Shown here: positions 25,201 through 37,200 of the stretch, piece by piece
Layout: each line of letters opens with the position of its first letter
How positions within the stretch are numbered: position 1 is the stretch's first letter
Source of the DNA: Octopus bimaculoides
Lineage: Eukaryota
Assembly (NCBI RefSeq): GCF_001194135.2
Contig: NC_068991.1
Location: 47,586,724-47,650,723, forward strand
DNA length: 64,000 bases
Direction of reading: 5' to 3'
Made by a program: the position numbers and the translations under genes
Notes under the pieces: generated by a model
Told to the model about the DNA's origin: nothing
Database searches by the model: none
What the model saw: only the letters and a program-made list of their open reading frames with translations

Positions 25201-28200
25201 AAAACAATAATGATAATAATGATGATGATAATGTTGTTGATGATGATGATGATGATTTATTTAAAAGCTATAAAACAATGAAATAGTTGAACAAGTTGAA
25301 ACAAGGGAAAAGTTACCTTAGGTTTTTGTACCAAAGAATCTGTTTTTAAAGGTTTCTTCACTGTGAAGTTTTTCTGATATTCTGTAAACCTCATTGCAGA
25401 ACTTCTAGGCGGACCTAAGCCAGATCTATAGAGCAATCCGAGTAATTTCTGGTGGGGGGAAAAACAAAACAAAACAAAACTAAACTAAGGAATAGAAAAA
25501 ACATGAATGTGAAAAGAACATTTAGTTTCTCAATTGGTTAATTCTGGTCCCTGTCATTAAAAAATGTAATTACATAAGAATTTCCCCTTCTCTCTCCTTT
25601 CTTCCTTCTTTTTTCAACTCCTCTTGCACTCCTTTTATAGTGTTGAAAATTAAATTTAATATAATGTTACATTTAATAAACCTAGATTTCTGACCAAGTC
25701 GTACTGATGAGATCCAGCTAGATTGAAATAGCAGCTATATATATTAAATACTTATAATTAAATGAAAGAAAATTTAATACTTTATAAAGAAATTTAATAC
25801 TATACACCTTTCACTTTGCTAAACAAAAAGAACATGAATTCTTAGCAAGAAGATTATCTCTTTTACTCAAGAGTACACCCAATAAACAGTTCAAAACACC
25901 AGCTGTCCCAGAATTCCTTGTACTAATGAATTGAATACATTATAAACACATATCTGCCATAAAGGACAAGCTGTTCTCCTGTGATGAATACAACAATGAT
26001 TAGTATATTCGCATTGAAATCTATCAGAAATATTAAGAATAAATATGTAAGTTATCACTTTGAATCTCTTTGTTCACTGTGCACATGACAATTTATTATA
26101 AGTTAGCAGATATCAGCATGGATCAGCAAACAGTTAGCTGAAATTATAAATAAGACCATCAGCTCTTGTTAGATTCATAGGTCTGAAGGTGCTTCTGGCT
26201 GACAAGCTATAAAGATGTCAAAACACTGGCTGTCCTAAGAATCTTATGTGCTAATGAACTGAGTGTGTTATGAACACATATTTGTCATAAAAAAGGTGTT
26301 CTTCTGTGACAAACACAACAGTGGTTAGCTTATTCACATTTGAATCTACTGGAACATATCAAGACTAAATAAATATGCAAGGCATTGTGTACGTGTGTAT
26401 ATAATTATTACTTAATAAACACAATATATGTTTCTTTGTGCTACTATTAGTTTCATGTGAGGAAAATATACCAACAATATTTTTAACATGTCTGGTGCCT
26501 TAGCACAATCTTCAGGCACTGCCCACATGGCATAACAAGCTAAAAATAGGACAATAGGATAAGAGAAAAAGCGAGAAAAGGTGAGCAAAAATCGCTATGC
26601 TAATCACATACCTTCATTTCAACACAAGGACAAAAGTAAAGCTACTAAGTTGGCTAGCCATGTATGGGGTTTGAAGGCGAACACCATACTACATATGATA
26701 AACTGGAAAATACAGTTCTATATTTGAGAGATGAGGAATTATGTACATTCTTTACATTTGATGGATATTTCTCCTGATCTTGTTTGTTGTTAACACAACG
26801 TTTCAACTGATGTACTCTCCAGCCTTTATCGGGTGTCCTGGGGGTAATTTTGAACCTGGGTTCTCATTCCTAAGGTATTTTTCTGATGTTATTACTATTA
26901 TTATTATTCCCACAGTCATATGGCATAGTGGTTAAGAGCATGGGCTACTAACCCCAAGATTCCGAGTTCGATTCCAGGCAGTGACCATAATGATAAGAAT
27001 AATAACATCAGAAAAATACCTTAGGAATGAGAACCCAGGTTCAAAATTCCCCCAAGACACCTGATGAAGGAGAGTACATCAGCCAAAACGTTGTGTTAAC
27101 AACAAACAAGATCAGGACAAATATCTGTCAAATGTAAATAACGTAAATAATGGAAACTAGAAAATCGCTGAAAAATCCACACCATAGGTCAACAGATCAA
27201 AATAATGTAAACTATGCGTAACTGAAAGAACACAGATCCTTTCCAGATCAAAGAACTCTACCACACTGCTGAATTCTAGATCTGAAATTTTCAGCAGTTG
27301 TAAACTGGGAGTAAGAAATATGATAGAGGAGAGATTAAAAATAAGGTTACTAACCTCCTGATTGTCTGAATGTTTTGTTGGTGAGGAATTTTCTGATATC
27401 ACAGATTTCTTGACTGGCGATTTCACTGAGTTTACTATTTGTTCAACCTTAAATACATAAATATTAAATGAGTAACCCTTTTTGTTACCATATTTCTTTT
27501 AACATACACTGTTGTTGTTTCAATTAATTTGGAATTTAGTAATATAACTTTGTCGTTACTAAGCTGGTGTTTGGAACATAAATTAATGTGAAATCATGAT
27601 TGAAGGTTTTAATTTAGATCAGTTTAAAACAAGAAGTTTGTATTAAACCAGGGTGGTCTTGGGTACGTCTGTATCAAAAGAGCTAATCATGAATTTAAAC
27701 ATGGTAGGCTTACAGAAAAAATACTAAGTTTTAATCTTATGAATTTTAAGTTCTTAAGAAAACAACATTCTGAAAAATGTACACATATGCACACACTCAC
27801 ACACACACACAAAATGTTTTACTGTTCTAATCTTTACTGAATCAGAATCATTGTTATTTTGTGCTCCTCCATGCAGGCACTTATCCAAGAGTTTGTCCTC
27901 AGATAAGGCTACAAACACAGGCTTCATTTTATCCAGCACAAATTTTGGCAGGGAGTTTTTGTTTGGATTACATTTGTCATCCACCTTTTTTTGATGGACA
28001 CCAGTCACCATAGTCACTATGGTCCATGGACCTGTGCTTGAAAATTCCCCACATGGCTCTCTTCATGGAAGCTTTGTCATTAGGGTGGTTCCTGATGGCA
28101 GTTCCATAATGACCCCGTATGGATAAGATGGCTTTCTGTGTGAGCCTACCCACACCTCCAATACCAGTATACTTTTTGCCATCATCACTGGTGAATGGTT

Positions 28201-31200
28201 TTCCTCTATTTGTCTGTACCAGGTCCATCAGTCTGAGCCCCATCCTCTTCTGCACATGACCACAGCATTCATATTTTTCAATTTTGATCAGCATTGGCTA
28301 CAGCAGAGAATACTTTGGAATCTCCATCCCCTAGGTATCCAACATACCTTGCAGACCGAAATGCTTCTGACCGTTCAAAGATATACTGCATTCCCACTGT
28401 TTCCATATTCCCAGCAGCTCCAGTGTAGTTTTTAGAACAAACAAGTTCATGTTCAGTTTTCCATTTCTCTAGCTCTTTACTTTTCTTTGCACCAGCAATA
28501 TTACAGGCACTGTGCAGTAATTCATCATTACTTCTACATCGATGACTTTAGAGACTCCAGCTGGTCCTTGCACAGTCAATGTTGTTGCTATTTCATTCTT
28601 GCTGGAGAAACCCCGCTTTTGCCATGAGCCATCACAGGATACAAGGAGATCATCAGAATTTGCTATATCTTTTGCTTCCTGAGTAATATCCTTTGCGTGT
28701 TGTAGCTTATTGTAGCATGGCCATATCTGCTTCCTGAGCAGCAGTGTGACTCTGCTCAGCAATTATTTTAGTCTCTGTCAGCAAGATGTTGGGATGAGCA
28801 ATCTAAGACGGCTCTGCTGATGCTGGAGGTGAGTCCATATTTGCACAAAATCTCCCACCCTGTTTGAAATATTTTCCCATAGCAGACATTGCCATAATGA
28901 ATTGACAGTTGACTAAGTAGTGTCGACTTGCATCACCCAGCTTAGATGTCTGAAAAACGTGAGCAAAGTTACAGTCAAGTTCACATCAGATGGTGAAATT
29001 CAACGCAAGACCATGCTTCATTTCACTCTCAACCGACACTGTATATCTTATACATTTCAGGCAGGAGAAGACACTAATCAAGGATGATAAAAGCTTCAGA
29101 TCTATTGACCTATATCCATCCAAGCAATATTCTTCCTCGAGTTTTCATATCTTGGTTGATGAGCCGAGTTCTGCAGCAGATAAACTTGGAGAAGAAAAGT
29201 CATCAAATTACCTCTTTTTGGCATTTTTTGAATGTTTATTCCTATAGAATTTATGCCTCTTGTTCTTGTCTGTGTGGTTGATCCTTTTATTACTCATAAT
29301 GAAAGGTTTTGAGCACTTTTCCATGTGTATTTTGTGACAGAAATGAAGAAAATGGAAGAAAACAATTTTCAAGTGTCTTCACTGAGAATTGATGTTGGAT
29401 GTAAGGTGTGCTCTAATTAGTCAAGAGGCCTGCTACATCACAAAATGAGCGACATTTGCCCAAGGTGCCACACAGTGGGACTGAACCTGGAACCATGTGG
29501 TTGGGAAGCAAGCCATGCCTGCACCTATATACAAACATGAGAAGGAAACAATAAAGAAATTATGTTTCTACAAATTTACAAATTAATAAATAAATAAAGT
29601 TTATTAACCTCTTCATTGTCTGAAAGGTTTTTTGGTGAGGAAGTTTCAAACATTACAGATTTCTTGACTGGTGATTTTTCTGGACACATTATCTCGTCAC
29701 CCTTAAATATATGAACATCAAATGATTGATTGTGAGTTTAAACATGATGGATTCACAGATTCACAGAAAAATTACTAACTTTACTGAGTGTACTAGATGT
29801 ATCTGATCACAGTACCAGCACTAGATAGATTGTCACAACCTCAAGCAAACTATATTTGCCAAGTATGATACAATATGTACAAGATGTATTTTATTATGGC
29901 ACTGTCACAAATGAGGTTACTGTGTATCCTGCAATACTAAAGAGTCCATGCTACTTTATGTTGTCTCTGTTCATTTAAGGCTAGTTGAGAGAAGTGGCGT
30001 CTCAATGTCTTCTACCTTCATAATTTGAGACACATCTTGGATATCAAATGGACTGACCACATCACCAACACTAGTCCTCAACTACACCAAGACACCCAAT
30101 TTATTCACCCTGCTCCAGCAGTGCCATCTGTGCTGGCTTGGTCATGTAGATCGCATGCCAGATGGGAGGATTCCAAAAGACCTCTTGTATGGGGAATTGG
30201 CCACTGGCACACGAGCATGAGGATGACCTCATCTTCACTTCAAGGACATTTGCAAGAGAGATGTGAAATCAATAGATCTGGACGTCCTGAGATAGGAGGG
30301 GGTCGTAAATGATCATCCATGCTGGAGACAAATACTATGAAAGAAGATGAATTGCGGGGAAGAGAAAGAGGAACTTGCCACCAAAGAAAAGCGCAGTTGA
30401 CAAAAAGAAAAAACCAGTAGTGCCGGCAGAGAGCTGCTTCAAATGCAGATGCTGTATACACGATTGCCAACCCTGTGTGGGTCTCTACAGCCACAGGAGA
30501 CTCTGCACCACCATCAGCAGCTGACACAATTTCTTTGAGCACAGATCCATGGTCTCTTGAGACTCACAGATGCCTACTCTTTCAAGGTAATACGACTAAG
30601 AGGGTGAATAGGAGACAACACAATGACAGAAGATGAACTAGAGAAAGAAGAGAGCATGAGGTGCAAAAATAGGGTAAAGGTGGTGAACGAGGTTACCTTG
30701 CTCCCAACAAGGCTAAGAATCCTTACTACCTTACAGCATTTTCATTTGTCCAAGGTAACAGTGTTATTAGGAAACAGAGTGAATGACAAAAGAATTAGAA
30801 TGAGAGAGGAAAGAGAGCAAAAATAGGAAGGGGGAAATTAGAGTAGGGAGAGGTAATGAAAGACAGACAGTGGTGGCAGTAACATGCATATTAGTATAAA
30901 ACAGAGATCAAGTGAGGGATAATAGTAAGGAAGGGTAACAGTTAGAGATAGAGTTATATTTCTAACAATAATAAAAATATTTAAATACATTCATTATTCA
31001 GAATATTGAAGTTACAATTGTAAATCATTATGATTGTTTCAATGTTCATTTTTTAAAGCCCAGAATTCATAGAGGCAAATATTTTTTCTACAGCCCTATG
31101 CTCTTCTTGTCACTAACCCTCAACTGTTACCAAGCAAAGTAATGCTTTCCCATGGTTAGACATGTTTCTCAAGCAAGACTGGAAACAAAGAAGCCTACTG

Positions 31201-34200
31201 TGTGTATGCATTTGTGTGTGTGTGTGTATTTCCTTGTCTTGACATCATGTGACGCTTGTAAATGAGTGCCACTGTCATACAAGCAGTGTTGTTCATGGTC
31301 AGACATGCAGAAACATCTCTGGTCATAGGGAAATATTACCTTACATGGAGACAGATAAGGGTTGGCAATAAGAAGGGCATCTGTCCAAAGAAAATCTGTC
31401 TCAATAAATTCTATCCCCAATGCATACAAGAATGAAAAAGTGGACATTAACCCTTTAGCATTTAAACCAGCCATATCTGACCCAAATATTCTACCTGCTT
31501 TATGTTCAAATTGACCAGATTCAGCATTTTACAATGTCATTCTAAAAATAAACAATTATAGCTTTGAAACCTCTACACTACAAGATGATACATGATTAAC
31601 TTTTTTAAAAATGTAAATAAATAAGCGTTATATTTGATAGAGTAATCTGAATGCTAAAGGATTAAAATGATGATGTACAGGAACATAACTAAATATTACA
31701 AGTCATTTGGTTTGCAAATCCACCAATTCCACCTTCCACTGAAAATACTGATCTGTTTCTTCTTATTTTGCATTATATAATTACCTCAAACTCAGAGATT
31801 TCTTTCTCAGCATGATTGTTCACTACACACCTGCTGCCTTTATCTGTAATCCCCTTTGTATGCCGTAAGATCAAAGAAAAAATAGGTATGATAACAAGGG
31901 AGAAGATAAATGTTGGAAGGAGGAAGAAAACAGCCAAGTGCTTCTGCAGATGTGAAACTAGTTCACAAAACAAAGATTTGCAAATATTGGAGAGAAAAAA
32001 GAGAGGCTGTCATTAAGTTTCCAATATGGTCAAATCTGCGTTAACCTTTTAGCATTCAGATTATTTTGTCAAACATAATACTTATTTATTCATATTGTTT
32101 TGAATCAATCAAGCATTATCTCACAACTTCAAGATTTCAACGATGTGATTGTTTATTTTTAGAATAATATTGTAGAGATGGTGTAAGAGGTCCAATCTGG
32201 TCAGTTTGAACATAAAACAGGTGGGATTTTCAGGCCAGATATGGCTGGTTTGAATACTAAAGGATTAATAATGATGTAAATTTAATTACAAAGATGTACG
32301 GACATACTGCTATGAATAAAATGGAAGTGTAAAGGTGCTGGTGGCATGAAAAATACATCCAATACATGTTGTAAAATTGTTCACATTAGGAAGGGAAGTC
32401 AGCTATACAAACAGTGCCAAAGCAGGCACTAGAACACAATGTAGTTCTTGGACCCATCAAACTGTCTTAACCATGTAAAGCATGGAAGATAGACATTAAA
32501 CAGTAATGCTAATGATGAAATGGAATGCAAGGTGTCTGCTCTCAGTTCTTCTTAAAGAAAGCATAACAAATGTTAAAGAAAGATGCAGGTATGACTGTGT
32601 GGCCAAGAAGTTTGCAAGCGTGCAGTTTCAGGTTAGAACCAACTGCACAGTACCTTAGATGTCTTCTACCGTAGCCTCAAGCTGATCAATACCTTGTGAG
32701 TGATTTGAGAGAAAGAAACTGAACAAAACAGGTAACATACATACATAGCTACATACATATATATATGTGTTTGTATACACACACACACACACACACACAC
32801 ATACAAGGGGTGCTGAAAAGTTCCTGGCTTTGGGTAAAAGAAAATACAGGAGAATCAGTTAATTATGATTTTATTCAACGTATTCCCCTTTTTGATCCAC
32901 ACACTTATTGCAGCGTTCCTTCAGCTTTTCTAAACACTGAAAAGAAACCTTGGAAGGTTGGACCTCCAACAAGGCCTTTTGCAATATCCTTAAAGCCAGG
33001 AACTTTGCAGCACCCACTCATTATTACCTACACACGCACACATATCATCACCATCATTTTTACATCCACTTTTCCATGCTTTCATGCGTTATACAGAATT
33101 TTGTTGAGGCAGGATTTTCTATGGCCATATGCCCTTTCTTTCAGCGACCTTCACCTATTTTCAAGTAAGGAAATATTTTCCCATAACCAGGCAGAAGACT
33201 CGGGCCAAAAGGCACTACTTGTATGATGATAGCATTTGTTTACAATTATCAAGCAATGTTATGGCGAGGAGACAATAATTATAATCTACACACACACAAT
33301 GGAATGTAGATGTACTATCAGTTTTCAGTATATATTATACAATTTATCTCACTGTTTCAGTATGTATTATGTGTAAGTTTGCTATTTCAGCTAGTTCGTT
33401 TCTGCACCTGTATTGTACAAATGGAAGGAAGTAGAGACAGACACCAAATGATTTTAATAGAAAAATACGATATAAATAATACCTTTTCATTTGATTTCAA
33501 ATTGTCCAACATTATAGCCTTAGACGATTTTGTAAATTTGCTTGTATCAACAACAGGGGCTGGTTTTAGATCCTTTGTAGCAGGATATTGGTCTTCATTT
33601 TTGTCCTAAAAAAATGCAAATAATTTTGAATATTTATAAACACATTTTCTAAAATATAACAACTGTAATGTGTAAATAGAGTTATGAAAATGGCAGAAAA
33701 CAAGCAACAGAAAGAGTGACTGTGTATGTGCAGGCATTAGTGAGTGGTTAAGAAGTTTACTTCCCAACCACATGGTTTCAGGTTCAGTTTTACTGCATGG
33801 GACTTTGGGCTACAGTTTTCTACTATAGCACCAGACCAACCAAAGCATTGTGAGTGGATTTTGTAGATGGAAACTAAAAGAAACCCATTGTGTATATAAT
33901 GTGTGCATGTGAGTGTATGCATGTATATGTGTGTCTATGTTTCTGTCTTGACATAGTGTGACTGTTGTAAATGATTGTCACCATCATACAATTGGTAGCC
34001 TTCATTTTCAATCTGATTTGGAGAGAGAGATTATAACCAACCTGTGAGATGAAAATATTATTACTTGCATAGGCACAGGTGTGGCTATGTAGTAAGAAGC
34101 TTGATTCCCTACCACATGGTTCCAGGTTCAGTTCCACTGTGTGGCACCCTGGGCAAGTGTCTTCTACTATAACCTCAGGCCAACCAAAACCCAAAGCCTT

Positions 34201-37200
34201 GTGAGTGGCTTTGGTAGATGGAAACTGAAAGAAGCCTGTTGTGTATGTGTGTGTGTGTGTGCGTATCTATGTTTGTTCTCCACCACCACTTGACAACTGG
34301 TGTTGGGTGTGTTTATGTCCCTGTAATATAGCAGTTCAGCAAAAGAGACTGATAGAATAAGTACCAGGCTTTAAAAGAAAATTCCTTGGGTCAATTTGTT
34401 TGACTAAAACCCTTCAAGGTGGTGCCCCAGCATGGCTACAGTCAAATGACTGAAACAAGTAAAAGCTAAAAGAACCCAGTTCTTGCTTCTTTCAACACTT
34501 ACAAAATCATGTTCAGTTTCAGCACTTTTGCTCAGCATATTGTTCATTCTTTTCTTTTGTTTGTAGACAACATTTTCAGAAAACTTTGCTTGATTTCCAA
34601 GAAGTATATATTCTTCCTCATCAGGTAGTGCCCCTCCATAGGAATGTACAGGAACTGTTCTATTTGTATGATTTTTTTCAATGTTTTCCATTTGCATCTG
34701 AGAAAAAAATTATAAAACCAGAAGAATAGACATAAACTATTGTTAATAAATCACTCACTCTAAATCAGAGACATTAATCAATCATAGACTATCAATCAAT
34801 GAGTGAGAAATACACTGCCAGTATGTTCTTTCCTAATGTAAGACACTTGGGTGAAATATAAGGGAAAATTAGCTGCTGTTTGTAATAGATTGAATTACAA
34901 TTGTTTGTACAGAGAGTGGATATGAGTTACTTACAGCAGATGTGATAGGTAGAGGGTCAAAGGGCTAACAAGGTTTAATTAGACACATACATTACAAATG
35001 TGTGTGTGTGTGTGTATGATGAGCTTCTTTCAGTTTCCATCGAACAAATCTGGTCACAGGACTGTTGTTAAAATCATTATTGTTAAAATAGCATTATTAA
35101 TGATGTACTGAGGGCAGTGGATTGTCAGAATCATTAGATTATTGATAAGAATGCTTTGTGGTTTTTCTTCTGACACTTTATGTCCCTGGTTCAAATCCCA
35201 CCAAGGTCAACTTGTCTTTCATATTTTCAGGGTTGATAAAATAAAGTACCAGTGAAGTACTGGGGCTGATGGTATCAATTAATCCTCTTTTCTCCATCTG
35301 CCTAAGTTAGAAACCATGAATACTGATGTTATTCATTAATTGAATTAGTTGAATTATTTCACTTCATGATAGAGCTTTGATATGGTCCCTTGTTATGTTA
35401 GAAATTGCAAACAAATCTCCTTATAATTATATCCTATTCTTTCAAACAACAAAAATGTCTTAGATGGTCTGATACAATCACACACTCCTGTATTAAACAA
35501 CACTAACATGAACGGAAGTAATAACACAAAACAGAAAAAGAATTCAACAACACAAACATGTAGTTTTGTGTGAGTGTTTTGTAAAATCAGGAAGTGAAAA
35601 AAGAAGTGAATAGAGTTAAAGATGTAGACATCACAGTGAATAACAATCATTGCTTGATTTAACTGAAAAGGGATAATAGTCATGTTGAAACTTTCAAAAC
35701 AAATCATAAATATTATATTATGAAAATATATCCAGACTAGAATTAAGATTGTACAAATCATTTCAAACTGAACAAAAAGGTTATATAAATATATATATAT
35801 AGTTCAAATTTACAGAAAACAAAAGACAAAGACAGATGAAGGAACAAGCAGGTGTATTAGTTTGATGCTCAGGAAGAATAGAAAAGTCTTTGATGTTTCA
35901 AGCCTACGCTCTTCAACAGAAAGAATTGAGAGCAAAAAAAAGGAGAGAAAACACAAAACAACAGAGAAAGAAAAAAATGTGTAGGAATCAAAGGTTCAAC
36001 ATGATGAAATAGCTGGAAGAAAGAGGCTGAGTGAAAGGGAGATAGTAACAGTGACTTGGCCAAACTCGGGTGTGCAAGCACATATGTGTATGTGGAAAGG
36101 GTGTGTGAGTGTGTATGTGTGGATGGGGGCAAGCGTGTATAAATATATGTGTGGGTGNNNNNNNNNNNNNNNNNNNNNNNNNNNNNNNNNNNNNNNNNNN
36201 NNNNNNNNNNNNNNNNNNNNNNNNNNNNNNNNNNNNNNNNNNNNNNNNNNNNNNNNNNNNNNNNNNNNNNNNNNNNNNNNNNNNNNNNNNNNNNNNNNNN
36301 NNNNNNNNNNNNNNNNNNNNNNNNNNNNNNNNNNNNNNNNNNNNNNNNNNNNNNNNNNNNNNNNNNNNNNNNNNNNNNNNNNNNNNNNNNNNNNNNNNNN
36401 NNNNNNNNNNNNNNNNNNNNNNNNNNNNNNNNNNNNNNNNNNNNNNNNNNNNNNNNNNNNNNNNNNNNNNNNNNNNNNNNNNNNNNNNNNNNNNNNNNNN
36501 NNNNNNNNNNNNNNNNNNNNNNNNNNNNNNNNNNNNNNNNNNNNNNNNNNNNNNNNNNNNNNNNNNNNNNNNNNNNNNNNNNNNNNNNNNNNNNNNNNNN
36601 NNNNNNNNNNNNNNNNNNNNNNNNNNNNNNNNNNNNNNNNNNNNNNNNNNNNNNNNNNNNNNNNNNNNNNNNNNNNNNNNNNNNNNNNNNNNNNNNNNNN
36701 NNNNNNNNNNNNNNNNNNNNNNNNNNNNNNNNNNNNNNNNNNNNNNNNNNNNNNNNNNNNNNNNNNNNNNNNNNNNNNNNNNNNNNNNNNNNNNNNNNNN
36801 NNNNNNNNNNNNNNNNNNNNNNNNNNNNNNNNNNNNNNNNNNNNNNNNNNNNNNNNNNNNNNNNNNNNNNNNNNNNNNNNNNNNNNNNNNNNNNNNNNNN
36901 NNNNNNNNNNNNNNNNNNNNNNNNNNNNNNNNNNNNNNNNNNNNNNNNNNNNNNNNNNNNNNNNNNNNNNNNNNNNNNNNNNNNNNNNNNNNNNNNNNNN
37001 NNNNNNNNNNNNNNNNNNNNNNNNNNNNNNNNNNNNNNNNTGCATCAACTTGCTATAAAAGCAGGTAGTAATTTTACCTTGTACTTATTCTTAGTGCAAG
37101 TTTTAAAGAGTGCAGTTCGATTTTAACAGTTATTTTCTCAAAGCTATAATGGAAGTGACAAAGGAGCATATTCGGCATATTTTGCTTTATGAGTTCAATA

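Noticed and set aside
26612-26702. 91 nt cassette with good AG/GT sites on the minus strand
   Set aside because: Stops in all three frames; could be a poison exon but nothing supports it.
26915-26986. tRNA gene
   Set aside because: A/B-box-like motifs are present but acceptor-stem pairing is poor and it is embedded in a repeat; treated as a tRNA-derived core. tRNAscan-SE would settle it.
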